Shown here one piece after another: positions 17,232 through 27,126 of a stretch of DNA of 64,000 nucleotides (positions within the stretch are counted from its first letter, which is position 1; the number at the start of each line of letters is the position of its first letter). The stretch covers positions 221,030 through 285,029 of the forward strand of contig DIUX01000001.1 in the NCBI GenBank assembly GCA_002423185.1, in the 5' to 3' direction. This stretch comes from Micavibrio sp. UBA6147 (GTDB lineage: Bacteria > Pseudomonadota > Alphaproteobacteria > Micavibrionales > UBA1664). The position numbers were made by a program, and so were the translations under genes. Under the pieces are notes generated by a model. That model was given only the letters and a program-made list of their open reading frames with translations, did not search any database and had not been told where the DNA came from.

Positions 17232-19101
17232 CGTCATGAAAGTAATCATAGATGCTCTGGGCAAAGGATTCTGAAATCCCTTCGACCTTGAGCAAATCGG
17301 CAATCCCCGCATCTTCGACCGCCTTGGCGGAGCCGAAATGGACGAGCAGGGCTTTCTTGCGTTTGGGGCCAATCCCGGGGATTTGGTCAAGCGTGGATTT
17401 TGTGATGCCTTTGGCGCGGCGCTGGCGGTGGGCGCCGATCGCGAAGCGGTGCGATTCATCGCGCAGGCGTTGCAAATAAAACAAGGACGGGTCATTGATG
17501 GGAAGGCGGAAAGATTCCCGTCCGTTCATGTGAAATTCTTCGCGCCCTGCATTGCGGTCGGGGCCTTTGGATATCGCAACAACGGTGAGGTCATCCAAAA
17601 TACCGAGCTCCTCCAAAACGCCGCTCACGGCCGAGAGTTGCCCCTTGCCGCCGTCAATCAATAATAAGTCAGGCCATTCCGGCATGCCCGCGTTGCTACT
17701 GTCGCTGTTGCCCTTATTGTCTTTCAAGGCGCGGGAAAAACGCCGCATCATCACTTCGCGCATCATATCAAAATCGTCTTGCGCGTTGGCTTGCTTGATG
17801 TTGAATTTGCGGTATTGGTTTTTGATGAATCCGTCCGGCCCCGCCACCACCATCACGCCGGTCATGTTGGTGCCTGAGATATGGCTGTTGTCATAGATTT
17901 CAATGCGCTGGGGCGGGGTGTCCATGCCGAATAAATCGGCAATAGCGGACAGGGCGCTGGCTTGCTGGGCGTTTTCTTGTAAGTGCCGTTCCAGCGCAGC
18001 CTTGATATTGTTCTCCGCCCAATCGACAAGGCGTTTGCGGTCGCCGCGCAGGGGTGTTTTGATCGTGACTTTATAGCCCGATTTATGGCTCAAGGCTTCG
18101 GTCAACAACGCTTCTTCTGTCACAGGGGCATTGGTAATGACCTCCTTCGGAACCGGCTTGTCGGCATAAAACTGCGCCATAAACGCCCCCAAAATATCGC
18201 CCAGCGTGTCGTCTTTGTCGGCGCGGGGGAAATAGCTGCGGTTGCCATAGCTTTGCCCGCTGCGAAAGAAAAATACCTGTACGCATGTTTTGCCGCCAAG
18301 GGTCAGTCCCGCAATCACATCGGCATCAACAAGCGATGGAATACTGATGTCTTGGCGCATTTGAATGGTGGACAGCGCCCTGATCCGGTCGCGCAATGCG
18401 GCGGCTTTTTCAAATTCCATGGCATCGCTGGCCTGTTGCATTTCTTCGGCCATTTTGTCTTGGATTTGGCGGCTCTTGCCGCTCAGGTAGTCCTTCACAT
18501 CGCGCGTTTGGCGGGCGTAGTCTTGCTTTGACACAAGGTTGGTACACGGCGCGGTGCATCGTTTGATGTGGTATTGCAGGCAAGGGCGGGTGCGGTTGGC
18601 AAAGTAAGAGTCACTGCAATTGCGCACCATAAAAATCCGTTGCAGCATCGTCAACGTATGGTTCACTGCGCCAATCGATGCAAACGGCCCGAAATAATCG
18701 CCTTTGAGGGTTTTCGCGCCACGATGCTTGGTCAAACGCGGAAAATCATGGTCGCCCGTCAATAATATATAAGGAAACGACTTGTCGTCTTTGAGCAAGA
18801 TATTATAGCGCGGGCGGTGCTTTTTGATCAAATTGGCCTCAAGCAACAAGGCCTCGGCCTCGGTATGGGTTTCGACAAACTCCATCCGCAGGGTTTCACT
18901 CACCATCCGCATCAGGCGCGACGACAGGCGGTTGGGCTGCGTATACGAAAAAACCCGCCGCTTCAGGGCTTTGGCTTTGCCGACATACAATGTTTCATCG
19001 CCCTTGCCGACCATTTGGTACACGCCCGGCTTTTGACCCAGCTTCGCAGCATGAGCCTTAATCACGTCTATTCCGTCCTGAAGCGGGCGCATATCATGCA
19101 T
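17227..19101 (-). CDS. uvrC: Excinuclease ABC subunit C
   Basis: 624 aa with the N-terminal GIY-YIG module (PGVYQMVGKGDETLYVGKAKALKRRV), a UvrBC-interaction region, an RNase H-like endonuclease domain and a C-terminal (HhH)2 (LDQIPGIGPKRKKALLVHFGS). Confidence 0.95.
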   Translation of the reverse strand: MHDMRPLQDGIDVIKAHAAKLGQKPGVYQMVGKGDETLYVGKAKALKRRVFSYTQPNRLSSRLMRMVSETLRMEFVETHTEAEALLLEANLIKKHRPRYNILLKDDKSFPYILLTGDHDFPRLTKHRGAKTLKGDYFGPFASIGAVNHTLTMLQRIFMVRNCSDSYFANRTRPCLQYHIKRCTAPCTNLVSKQDYARQTRDVKDYLSGKSRQIQDKMAEEMQQASDAMEFEKAAALRDRIRALSTIQMRQDISIPSLVDADVIAGLTLGGKTCVQVFFFRSGQSYGNRSYFPRADKDDTLGDILGAFMAQFYADKPVPKEVITNAPVTEEALLTEALSHKSGYKVTIKTPLRGDRKRLVDWAENNIKAALERHLQENAQQASALSAIADLFGMDTPPQRIEIYDNSHISGTNMTGVMVVAGPDGFIKNQYRKFNIKQANAQDDFDMMREVMMRRFSRALKDNKGNSDSSNAGMPEWPDLLLIDGGKGQLSAVSGVLEELGILDDLTVVAISKGPDRNAGREEFHMNGRESFRLPINDPSLFYLQRLRDESHRFAIGAHRQRRAKGITKSTLDQIPGIGPKRKKALLVHFGSAKAVEDAGIADLLKVEGISESFAQSIYDYFHDA

Positions 19102-19331
19102 GGGTATGGCGAATCTTTTTGGTTATATGGCCTATTATTACGGGCTTTGCGGCGCTTTTCCAAGCCCGTAATCACACAATACAACTAAAAATATGCAATT
19201 CTATTGCATTAAAACGAATCGTTATAACAACTATAGATTGACAATTCTGTGGAAATTCTTAAGTTAGCATCATGTGTGCCTCGCAACGCATCGCGGGCTA
19301 ACGCAGCATCACCAGAAGGGGAGAAAAATAA

Positions 19332-20021
19332 ATGCCGACGATGTTCACGCTCAAAACCAGATCAAGAGAGCTCCGTTTTAAAGGGTTTTTCAAGGATGCA
19401 TCTGAATGCCTCGAGGCCGCCCTACGCGATGGAGTGGATATGACGGGGCTGAAATTGTCGGGGCTGAATTTGGCGCGTGCCAATCTTGATGGCGGCGTGT
19501 TTACGGGGGCGGATTTTTCGGGGTGTAATTTGGGCGGGGCGAATATGTCGGAATGCGACCTGCAAAGCTGCGTATTTTCCCATGCATCCTTGACTGATGT
19601 TTGCCTGTGTGAGAGCGACCTTCGCAAGGCGGTGTTTTTTGAAACCAGTTTTTCCGCCAGCGATATATCGGGGAGTATCATCGAAGAATGCCTGTTTTCA
19701 TGCCCCAGCGCCTTCACTTTGAAATTTTCAGAGGCCGCGACCTTCGCCAAATCGGTCTATTATGCCGATGCCGTTCATTGCCCGATGGGTCGCCCGCCGA
19801 TCGTGATAACCGGCTTGCCGTACCAGATTGTCGTGATGGATGACCACCTCATGATCGGGCGCACCGTACGGGCGCTGGACGTATGGAACAACGCCGGACA
19901 AGGCTCTGTCCGCCGCGAAGAACTCGCCTTTTATGCGTCATATCGCGATGTCATCGCCGCCATCCGCTGCGCAAAATCAGGCGAAAAACAATTGCAAACC
20001 GCGAGCGATTATTTCGCCTGA
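19332..20021 (+). CDS. Pentapeptide-repeat protein with an unrelated C-terminal domain
   Basis: LSGLNLARANLDGGVFTGADFSGCNLGGANMSECDLQSCVFSHASLTDVCLCESDLRKAVFFETSFSASDISGS shows the A(D/N)LXX-type 5-residue periodicity. Confidence 0.8.
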   Translation: MPTMFTLKTRSRELRFKGFFKDASECLEAALRDGVDMTGLKLSGLNLARANLDGGVFTGADFSGCNLGGANMSECDLQSCVFSHASLTDVCLCESDLRKAVFFETSFSASDISGSIIEECLFSCPSAFTLKFSEAATFAKSVYYADAVHCPMGRPPIVITGLPYQIVVMDDHLMIGRTVRALDVWNNAGQGSVRREELAFYASYRDVIAAIRCAKSGEKQLQTASDYFA

Positions 20022-20158
20022 ACGGGTAAGAAATGGGCAGGAGCCGAGCATATTCCAAACGCATAAGCCGCGCATTGCAAATTGCGTGCGTAAATCAGCA
20101 ATCAAAGACTTGTCTTTTGCAATAAATGAAGGTAGTCATTCAAGGCGCGCGGAACAAT

Positions 20159-20243
20159 GCCCCCGTGGCGGAATGGTAGACGCACACGACTTAAAATCGT
20201 GAGTCCTTGTGGCGTGCCGGTTCAAGTCCGGCCGGGGGCACCA
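20159..20243 (+). tRNA. tRNA-Leu (anticodon TAA), class II with long variable arm, CCA encoded
   Basis: Acceptor stem GCCCCCG/CGGGGGC; anticodon arm CACGA-CTTAAAA-TCGTG; long variable arm; T arm GCCGG-TTCAAGT-CCGGC; 3' ACCA. Confidence 0.93.
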
Positions 20244-20320
20244 CGCTTCACCTTCGGCTATGCGTGGCGCAGCCACGAAAAGATCGTTAGGTGACGCACT
20301 CAACGCCCCGCATGGCGCAC

Positions 20321-20356
20321 AAAAAAGCGGTAAGGTTTCCTTACCGCTTTTTGTTT
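20321..20356. terminator. Bidirectional Rho-independent terminator (tRNA-Leu on plus, secreted-protein gene on minus)
   Basis: Stem AGCGGTAAGG (20326-20335) / CCTTACCGCT (20339-20348) with a 3-nt loop. AAAAA lies upstream and TTTTTGTTTGTTT downstream. Confidence 0.8.
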
Positions 20357-20371
20357 GTTTATGCGCTGTGC

Positions 20372-22054
20372 TTATTGCGCGGGCTGCACGGGCTGCGCTG
20401 GTGCGGGGGCTTGTCCGGCGGCGCCTGTGAGGGCGGACATGTCGGCGCCGTTTAACAAGATTTGACCGCTTTCCTTGAAGTCGAAGACATAAACATGGGC
20501 GATTTTGCCTGTTGTCGGGTCTTGTTGTTGTTGTCCCAACATTTGCATCATTCCAATGCCGCCGAGGGCTTGCTGGATCTGGCCGGCTTGTTCGGGTGTT
20601 GCGGTTTGTGCGTCCTGCGTCAAACGGCCGATAACTGCGTCTAAACCCTGTATCCGCAGATTAGCGGTTCCGACTACCATCAAAGGCGATACGGCGCTGG
20701 CGGTCAGGTTGGTATCAAGGTCGATTTGGTACAGGTCGGATGATTTCGCAGCATTTTTCAACTTGATCACCGTGCCGAGGCTGGTCATCAAGTTTTTCAT
20801 ATTTGGCATCTGGGCGTTCAGAATATCGGTGGTGGCTTGATTGCTGTCGACATTGCCTTCTGTGTTGATGATGTCAACACTGGCTTTGCCGAGGCTCCCC
20901 ATCATTTGTTTGTAGGGGAATTTTTCGAGCAAGAAACTCAAGGTGAACGTGTCGGGAATATAAATGGTGTAAAATTCCGTTTTGGGGGCGTCTTGCCCTG
21001 ATAAAGCGGCATTGTCACCAGCATCAATTCCGAGCAAAGAAATGCCGAACCCGAGCGTGGCGGAGGCTTCGGTCATGTCGGCAAGGCTGAAATCAAGGCC
21101 TAATTGCCCCATTTTCACCGTTTCGATTTGATCGTCTTGAGTGGGGCTTGGGAATTCGACTTCAATCCCCTTGACGCCGAAGGCGGTGTTTGAGCTGTCG
21201 CTGAAATCGGTCAGATAGTCAAACATCGCACTGCTCATCTTGCCGATTTGCTCTTTGGTTTGGTCATCGAGCGGAGCGCCGGAGGCAACGCTTTGGTCGA
21301 TTTTGCCGCTGACTTCCTGAATTTTCTCTTGGAAGTCTGAGAGCGAGCTGATCTTGAAGTTTTTCACATCGCCGGTCAAATAGGCTTGCGCAATGCTTCC
21401 TTTGACCTTTTCTTCGGGGATGTTGAAGGTGACGTTATCGGCGGTGACGCTGTACGGGCCGCTCCATAATTGTTCGCCGGTGACTTCGAAATCGTTGCGA
21501 AGTGTGACTTTGGGGGCTTGAAGAATTTGTGCGTTTTGGCTGTTGGACACCACGATATTTTCATACACACCATCCAGTTTGAGGAAGTTCATCGCGGCTT
21601 CAACCCAAATACCGGCCATGCGTTGTGACCCGATGGCGATTTCCGCGTCAAGTGAGCCGAGCTTGTCATACACCCGAATGGGGGTCGGTACGGCAACGGC
21701 GACTTTCCAATGGCCTTCCTGTGTTGAGGGGATAGCATTGACGGCAATCATGCCGATATCCATGCGCGACCCCGTTGCTTGCTTGATTTTGAGGTAAGGC
21801 AAAGTCACGGCGTAATAGGTGTTGGAGGGTTCGACCGTCAAATCGCCCGTCCATTCATAGGTGTCGCCGGCGAGTTTTTTTACATCGCTGTGCATTTTAA
21901 TGGTTTTTTGCAAATGGTCTTTAAGCTTCGCGGCACCATCCGGCGAAACCGTTTGTGCATAGGCCTGTGCCGCACTCAAAAAAGTGAAGGCAACAATAAA
22001 CAAGGCCGTAAAAATCCGCAAAGGCGCATAAAAGCGGGCGTTAACCAAAGTCAT
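20372..22054 (-). CDS. Secreted hypothetical protein (~560 aa)
   Basis: The signal-peptide-like N-terminus MTLVNARFYAPLRIFTALFIVAFTFLSAAQAYAQ follows a GGAAGAAG Shine-Dalgarno-like sequence. No catalytic motif was recognised. The C-terminus is Gln/Ala/Pro-rich. Confidence 0.65.
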   Translation of the reverse strand: MTLVNARFYAPLRIFTALFIVAFTFLSAAQAYAQTVSPDGAAKLKDHLQKTIKMHSDVKKLAGDTYEWTGDLTVEPSNTYYAVTLPYLKIKQATGSRMDIGMIAVNAIPSTQEGHWKVAVAVPTPIRVYDKLGSLDAEIAIGSQRMAGIWVEAAMNFLKLDGVYENIVVSNSQNAQILQAPKVTLRNDFEVTGEQLWSGPYSVTADNVTFNIPEEKVKGSIAQAYLTGDVKNFKISSLSDFQEKIQEVSGKIDQSVASGAPLDDQTKEQIGKMSSAMFDYLTDFSDSSNTAFGVKGIEVEFPSPTQDDQIETVKMGQLGLDFSLADMTEASATLGFGISLLGIDAGDNAALSGQDAPKTEFYTIYIPDTFTLSFLLEKFPYKQMMGSLGKASVDIINTEGNVDSNQATTDILNAQMPNMKNLMTSLGTVIKLKNAAKSSDLYQIDLDTNLTASAVSPLMVVGTANLRIQGLDAVIGRLTQDAQTATPEQAGQIQQALGGIGMMQMLGQQQQDPTTGKIAHVYVFDFKESGQILLNGADMSALTGAAGQAPAPAQPVQPAQ

Positions 22055-22260
22055 TTCTTCTTCCATTTCCAAAAAAGTTTTTAAAAACAAGCCGTAATTT
22101 TTGTTGAGAAAACATCGACAACAGGCTAGATGATAAATACCAAAAAAAACTTAAGACGTCACACAGGAATTGAAACTATCTTCAAGACTGCGTATAGTCC
22201 GCATGAAATAACGTTTTCCGGATGCGAAAGCAAGCCGGATAAAACAGGATCGTAAACCGA

Positions 22261-23775
22261 ATGAGCGAAGAACCCAATCTGGTCAATCAAGAAGCGGACA
22301 AAGGCCGCTTCTCGGTACAGGAGGACGGACACGTCCTGTGGCAAAAGGATTCAACCAACCCTTTGCCCGGCACGATTATTGCCGCAATGGGGAAGGGGGA
22401 CGACCTTTACTCCCCGCGCTTTTCGGTCATTGACGGCACGTCTTTTCCGCGCCCTGAAACATTGGAACAAGAGGTCAAGGCATGGTTTACGACCTATCTT
22501 GACGAGGTTCTCGGCGGTATTCTTCGTTTTGCTTCGGCGGATGGCCTGCCCGAACATGTGCGCGGCATCGCGCGGGCGCTCAAGGATCACGGCGGCGTTG
22601 TCCAACGCCATGTCGTTGAAAAAGAATTGGCGCAGCTCGACCCCGATCAACGCAAAATCATCCGCCAGCACCGCATCCGCCTTGGCCCGTTGTTGATTTT
22701 CTTTTCTGATTTGCTCAAACCCAATGCGTTAAAGCTCAAAGCCCTGCTATGGGGTGTTTATAACGACATGGATTTGCCCGTTGCCCGCCCGAAAGACGGC
22801 CTCGTGTCCCAAGTATTGGACAACGAATCCGTTGACCATGCTTTTTACCGGATGCTTGGTTATCCTGTTTTCGGCGGCCGCGCGATCCGTATTGATATGC
22901 TCGACCGTGTCGTCACCGATATTTATGATTCCTCCAAAGAGGGTCAATTCCGCGCCCAACACAAATATGCGGAATGGCTGGGGTGCAGCATTGACGCCCT
23001 GTACACGGTTTTGGAGGCGCTCGGGCACCGCAAAGTCGAAGACGCCGCCCCGACATCCGAGGGCGCATCGGACGTTGCCGCTGAGGACACAAGCGCCCAG
23101 AGCGCCGAAACTCCGGCGGAAAGCGACTCCGCCAGTGTTGGCGAGGCCGCCGCGCCGGAAGCCGTTGCAGAAGCTGTAGCAGAAGCCGTCACAGAAGAAA
23201 CCGTAACCGCAGCAGAAACGCCAGAGGTTCCTGTTGGGGCTCCTGTTGCGGCCACCGTTGAGATTGCGGCTGAATCTGCTGAGCCTGTCGGCACTGCGGA
23301 AACCACGCCTGTGGCCAAGCCCGAAGTCGAAAAGCCTGAACTTGCCCTGTTCCGCTTGAAAAAAGGCAAGCTGTCTGAACGCAGCGGCGGCGGACGCAAG
23401 CCGCATGGCAAATCATTCGGCGGCAATAAATTCACCAAAAAACCCGTCACGGGCGATGCCGCTGCCGCTGAAGGCGACGCTGCAAACGCCGAAAAACAAC
23501 CGTATAAAAAAGGCGGTTACAAAGGCGATCGGAGCAAAGACGGTGACGGTGAAGGCGGCTATAAAGGCAATAAATCCGGCAAGAGCGCAAAAACGGGCAG
23601 CGGTTCAAAGAACGCCCGTTTCGGTGACGATGCACAAGGCGGAGATCGCAAAAAACGCTTCGATAAAAAACATGTGAAGAACGAGGACAGAGGTCCGCGC
23701 ATCATCACTATCGAAGCAAAGAAAAAGGATGAGGACGACTCACCTTTCGCCATATTGAAGAACCTTAAATTCTAA
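22261..23775 (+). CDS. Hypothetical protein with a folded N-terminal half, an acidic Ala/Glu/Thr/Pro linker and a Lys/Gly-rich basic tail
   Basis: 504-aa ORF. Residues ~270-350 are AEDTSAQSAETPAESDSASVGEAAAPEAVAEAVAEAVTEETVTAAETPE. The tail is GGRKPHGKSFGGNKFTKKP...GGYKGDRSKDGDGEGGYKGNKSGKSAKTGSGSKN...KKRFDKKHVKNE. The basic tail suggests nucleic-acid binding; this is an inference only. Confidence 0.6.
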   Translation: MSEEPNLVNQEADKGRFSVQEDGHVLWQKDSTNPLPGTIIAAMGKGDDLYSPRFSVIDGTSFPRPETLEQEVKAWFTTYLDEVLGGILRFASADGLPEHVRGIARALKDHGGVVQRHVVEKELAQLDPDQRKIIRQHRIRLGPLLIFFSDLLKPNALKLKALLWGVYNDMDLPVARPKDGLVSQVLDNESVDHAFYRMLGYPVFGGRAIRIDMLDRVVTDIYDSSKEGQFRAQHKYAEWLGCSIDALYTVLEALGHRKVEDAAPTSEGASDVAAEDTSAQSAETPAESDSASVGEAAAPEAVAEAVAEAVTEETVTAAETPEVPVGAPVAATVEIAAESAEPVGTAETTPVAKPEVEKPELALFRLKKGKLSERSGGGRKPHGKSFGGNKFTKKPVTGDAAAAEGDAANAEKQPYKKGGYKGDRSKDGDGEGGYKGNKSGKSAKTGSGSKNARFGDDAQGGDRKKRFDKKHVKNEDRGPRIITIEAKKKDEDDSPFAILKNLKF

Positions 23776-23809
23776 TATTATCTAATACTATTTCTGCGGA
23801 AGACGGTTA

Positions 23810-24328
23810 TTGACCATGGCAGTGACGAAAATACAGCTTGAGCGCGGCCAAAAAGATAGGGTTTTGCCGAAGGATTTTTTTAAAATCCTTTTTGCGCGCT
23901 ACTTCCCGATCCTCAGCATGACCTATGTGGCCTCCATTGTCGGTATGGCGGCTTACCAAGCCGGTTCGTCCAATGCGATGCTTGACCTGTTCCTCAATAA
24001 AACCGAGATTTATAGCCTCGCGCTGTGGATTGCCGTATGGGTGTCGGTTCCGGGGTTTTTGTGGATTTGCCTGAAAGGCAGCGTTCGTTTTCCCGCCTAT
24101 GCCGGGCTTTGGTACAAAATTACGGCGGGGCTTATGTCCCTGACGCTCTTGATTTCGCTGTTTTTGTTTCCGGAGGAGGGCGGCGGCCTGCGCCTGTTCA
24201 TTTTATGCGCCCTTCCGATTCACGTGTTTATGTATCTGTTCTTGGCCGTATTCCGCCTCAGCCAATGGATCGCACAACCGTTTCAATTCGTGGCCTGTGT
24301 GCTGTTGATTTATGGATTTTTGGTCTGA
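23810..24328 (+). CDS. Integral membrane protein, unknown function
   Basis: About five hydrophobic helices (ILSMTYVASIVGMAAY, LALWIAVWVSVPGFLWICL, ITAGLMSLTLLISLFLF, LFILCALPIHVFMYLFLAVF, FQFVACVLLIYGFLV). The start is ambiguous: TTG at 23810 or ATG at 23816. Confidence 0.6.
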   Translation: MTMAVTKIQLERGQKDRVLPKDFFKILFARYFPILSMTYVASIVGMAAYQAGSSNAMLDLFLNKTEIYSLALWIAVWVSVPGFLWICLKGSVRFPAYAGLWYKITAGLMSLTLLISLFLFPEEGGGLRLFILCALPIHVFMYLFLAVFRLSQWIAQPFQFVACVLLIYGFLV

Positions 24329-24405
24329 GCGTTTCACCGTTTAAACCCATAAATTATTAACCTTTGCTGTGCTAGTGTCATAAAAACATAGCGGATACAG
24401 CACCG

Positions 24406-25671
24406 ATGAGCCAATCACCCAATAAAATATTGCTGGTCGAAGATTCCCAGTTTTTTCAAAGCGTTATCCGCAAAGCCATCGAACAAGACGGCATTTATGA
24501 TGTCCTCAGCGCGATCTCGATGACCCACGCGCAGCGATTGATTGACGAGCATAAAGACGAAATTTTTGTGGCGTTGCTTGATGTCACATTGCCCGATGCG
24601 CCGGATGGTGAGGTTGTCGGCCTTTGCCGCGGTCTTGGGATTCCCTCCATCGTGTTTTCCGCCCGCTATGAAGAAAGCCTGCGCCAACGGATTTTCAGCC
24701 AAGGCGTGATAGATTATGTTATCAAATCATCCCCGACCAGCCTGAGCTACGTTAAAAATCTCGTCAAACGCTTGGGGCGAAATAAAGCCCTGACCGCGCT
24801 CGTCATTGATGATGAGGCCGAGCATTTGTCGCGCTTTGCGGGGTTGCTGGAGGGGTATTTCCTCACCGTCCTCACCGCAAGCACGGCACAGGAAGCGCAA
24901 GCCATCATCGAAAAAGAACGCGGCCTGAGCCTCATCGTCCTCGACAACAACATGGGCGGTGATGAGGAGGCAGGCTATAAACTCTTGCAAGACATTCGCA
25001 AATTGCATGAAAAGGATTCTGTCGCCGTGATCGGCCTTGCGGATGCCAAGGATTCCGGAACCGTTGTACGATTTTTGAAATTCGGTGCCAATGACTACCT
25101 CACCAAAGATTGCACACAAGAGGAATTCATCAGCCGTATCACCCAAAACCTTGACATGATCGACCGGATGCGGGCGCTCTTGGAGGCCGCGAACCAAGAT
25201 TTTATGACCGGCCTGTTCAACCGCCGATTCTTGTTTGACGCGGGGCATAAGCAATATGAGGCGAGCAAACGCGCCGAACAAGACATCGCCGTTGCGGTGA
25301 TGGATATCGACCATTTTAAAAAGGTCAACGACACATACGGCCATGATGCGGGCGATTACGTCATTAAAAAAGTCGCGGGAATCTTAAAACAACATGCGCG
25401 TAAATCCGACATCGTGTCGCGTATGGGAGGCGAAGAATTTTGCGTTGTTGCGCCCAATATGAAGACCGAGAGCGCCCAAGCCAGTTTCGACAAAATCCGC
25501 AACGCCATTCAATCCAGCGTCTTTGAATTTGAAGGCACGAAAATCCCGATCACGATCAGCATCGGCGTGTGCTGTGTGGCGCAAGTCAAATTGGAACGCG
25601 CCATTACCGTTGCCGATGAAAACCTCTACAAAGCCAAGCAAGCAGGGCGCAATACAGTGATTGCGGCCTGA
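24406..25671 (+). CDS. PleD-type response regulator diguanylate cyclase (REC-REC-GGDEF)
   Basis: The first receiver has the acceptor context ALLDVTLPD and the second receiver-like domain has LIVLDNNMGG. The C-terminal GGDEF domain carries the active site RMGGEEFCVV and DIDHFKKVNDTYGHDAGD. Confidence 0.9.
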   Translation: MSQSPNKILLVEDSQFFQSVIRKAIEQDGIYDVLSAISMTHAQRLIDEHKDEIFVALLDVTLPDAPDGEVVGLCRGLGIPSIVFSARYEESLRQRIFSQGVIDYVIKSSPTSLSYVKNLVKRLGRNKALTALVIDDEAEHLSRFAGLLEGYFLTVLTASTAQEAQAIIEKERGLSLIVLDNNMGGDEEAGYKLLQDIRKLHEKDSVAVIGLADAKDSGTVVRFLKFGANDYLTKDCTQEEFISRITQNLDMIDRMRALLEAANQDFMTGLFNRRFLFDAGHKQYEASKRAEQDIAVAVMDIDHFKKVNDTYGHDAGDYVIKKVAGILKQHARKSDIVSRMGGEEFCVVAPNMKTESAQASFDKIRNAIQSSVFEFEGTKIPITISIGVCCVAQVKLERAITVADENLYKAKQAGRNTVIAA

Positions 25672-25725
25672 GCGGGCAGGATGGTCGTCGGCATATCTAT
25701 TATAAGATGGATAGCGCTAAAGTGG

Positions 25726-26799
25726 CTAGCGGTCGCGGCGCACGACAAAATCAACAAGGTCATATAAACACGCGATGATCTGCGCATGGTTTGAGTGGCC
25801 TTGGCCTTGATCTTTGAGGGTTTTGTCGGTCAGGACATCAAGCGCGTTTTTGGCTTTTTCGGCATAATATTCGCATAATGAATATGTTTCATTCATCGCG
25901 CCATGTTGATGAATAAGGACAATGGCATGGTCAAAATCGCCGTCTTTTTGGGCTTTATCCTTCAAGACACGATTCCAAAACGCCGTTTCATCGGCGGTTT
26001 TTGCACGCTCCATGGCGATCAGGACGGGCAGGGTTATTTTACCCTCGCGGAAATCATCGCCGCGGTTTTTGCCCATAGCGGCCTCGGTTGAGGCATAATC
26101 CATCATGTCATCGGCAATTTGGAAACACATGCCGAGATTCTGGCCATAATCATACAAGGCCTGAATGCGGTCTTCGCTTTGTCCCGTCACAATCCCGCCG
26201 ACTTGGGTGGCGGCGCGGAACAAGGCGGCTGTTTTACATTCGATGATGGTCATGTATTGATCCCGCGTCATCGACACATCGCCGCGCAACGACATTTGCA
26301 GGACTTCACCCTCCGCAATCGTTGCCGAGGCGCGCGCCAGCATATCAAGGGCGCGGAGGCTCCCGCCCTCTACCATCAATTCAAACGACTTGGAAAACAG
26401 GAAATCCCCGACCAACACACTGGCTTGATTGCCGAAAACGATATTGGCGGAATCCTGCCCGCGGCGTTTTTCGCTCTCATCCACCACATCATCATGCAAC
26501 AAGGTCGCGGTATGGATGAATTCAACCGAGGCGGCATAGCCATCTGCCTTTTGAACGGGGTTTTGCGCCGGATCGGCATGATCCGCCAGCGCCGCCGCAG
26601 CAAGAGTCAAGAGCGGGCGAATCCGTTTGCCGCCAGCAGCAATCAAATACGCCGCAACGCGCGGAATAAGGGGAATATCGGATTGAAACCGTTCAATAAT
26701 CATCGCATTGACGCGCAGCATGTCGGCGTGGAGAAGCTGCTCAAGGCGTTCCAGCGGGTGCGGCATATGGGGCGCGTTGGTGTGTGCGGTGCGTGTCAT
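25726..26799 (-). CDS. ispB: Polyprenyl diphosphate synthase (octaprenyl/IspB-like)
   Basis: First Asp-rich motif LLHDDVVDESEKRRG and second FQIADDMMDY, plus GKRIRP near the N-terminus. The start is uncertain (26835, 26799 or 26766). The product chain length cannot be read from the sequence. Confidence 0.85.
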   Translation of the reverse strand: MTRTAHTNAPHMPHPLERLEQLLHADMLRVNAMIIERFQSDIPLIPRVAAYLIAAGGKRIRPLLTLAAAALADHADPAQNPVQKADGYAASVEFIHTATLLHDDVVDESEKRRGQDSANIVFGNQASVLVGDFLFSKSFELMVEGGSLRALDMLARASATIAEGEVLQMSLRGDVSMTRDQYMTIIECKTAALFRAATQVGGIVTGQSEDRIQALYDYGQNLGMCFQIADDMMDYASTEAAMGKNRGDDFREGKITLPVLIAMERAKTADETAFWNRVLKDKAQKDGDFDHAIVLIHQHGAMNETYSLCEYYAEKAKNALDVLTDKTLKDQGQGHSNHAQIIACLYDLVDFVVRRDR

Positions 26800-26868
26800 G
26801 ACCTTTTGGATAACGCAAATAGCGCCGAAAAGCAATTGTAAACCCGCCGTAGAGCAGCATAGAAAATA

Positions 26869-26904
26869 CCGCAGAAAACGCCACAGAAAACACCACAGAA
26901 AACG
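26869..26904. repeat. 12-nt tandem repeat x3 (plus one degenerate unit upstream) in the ispB-clpP divergent spacer
   Basis: CCGCAGAAAACG / CCACAGAAAACA / CCACAGAAAACG, preceded by the degenerate unit CATAGAAAATA (26858-26868). Confidence 0.6.
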
Positions 26905-27126
26905 CGATGGTCAGACATGCCGAAAAAGCACAAAATAAACCATGAAATAACAGGCTGTAAAAATGCCTTGCAACACGCCGTGGCTTTGGCTATCGTAAGC
27001 TAATCAGAATTACGAAAAAATAAACAGGGTCCCTTCATCTGATATTTGAATCTCAATGATTCAGCCAATCTCGGCGGGAGGACAAACGGTTTCTGATCAT
27101 AAAAAAATATTTTTGGGAGAGTAAAA

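Noticed and set aside
20209-20430. 73-aa ORF overlapping the 3' half of tRNA-Leu and the terminator.
   Set aside because: It overlaps a well-formed tRNA and a terminator hairpin, and it has an Arg/Ala-rich shadow-frame composition.
26858-26904. CRISPR array or other spaced-repeat array. This also applies to 17131-17231 and 60201-60236.
   Set aside because: The units are only 7-12 nt long and directly tandem, with no spacers and no cas genes in the window. They are microsatellite-like repeats, not CRISPR.
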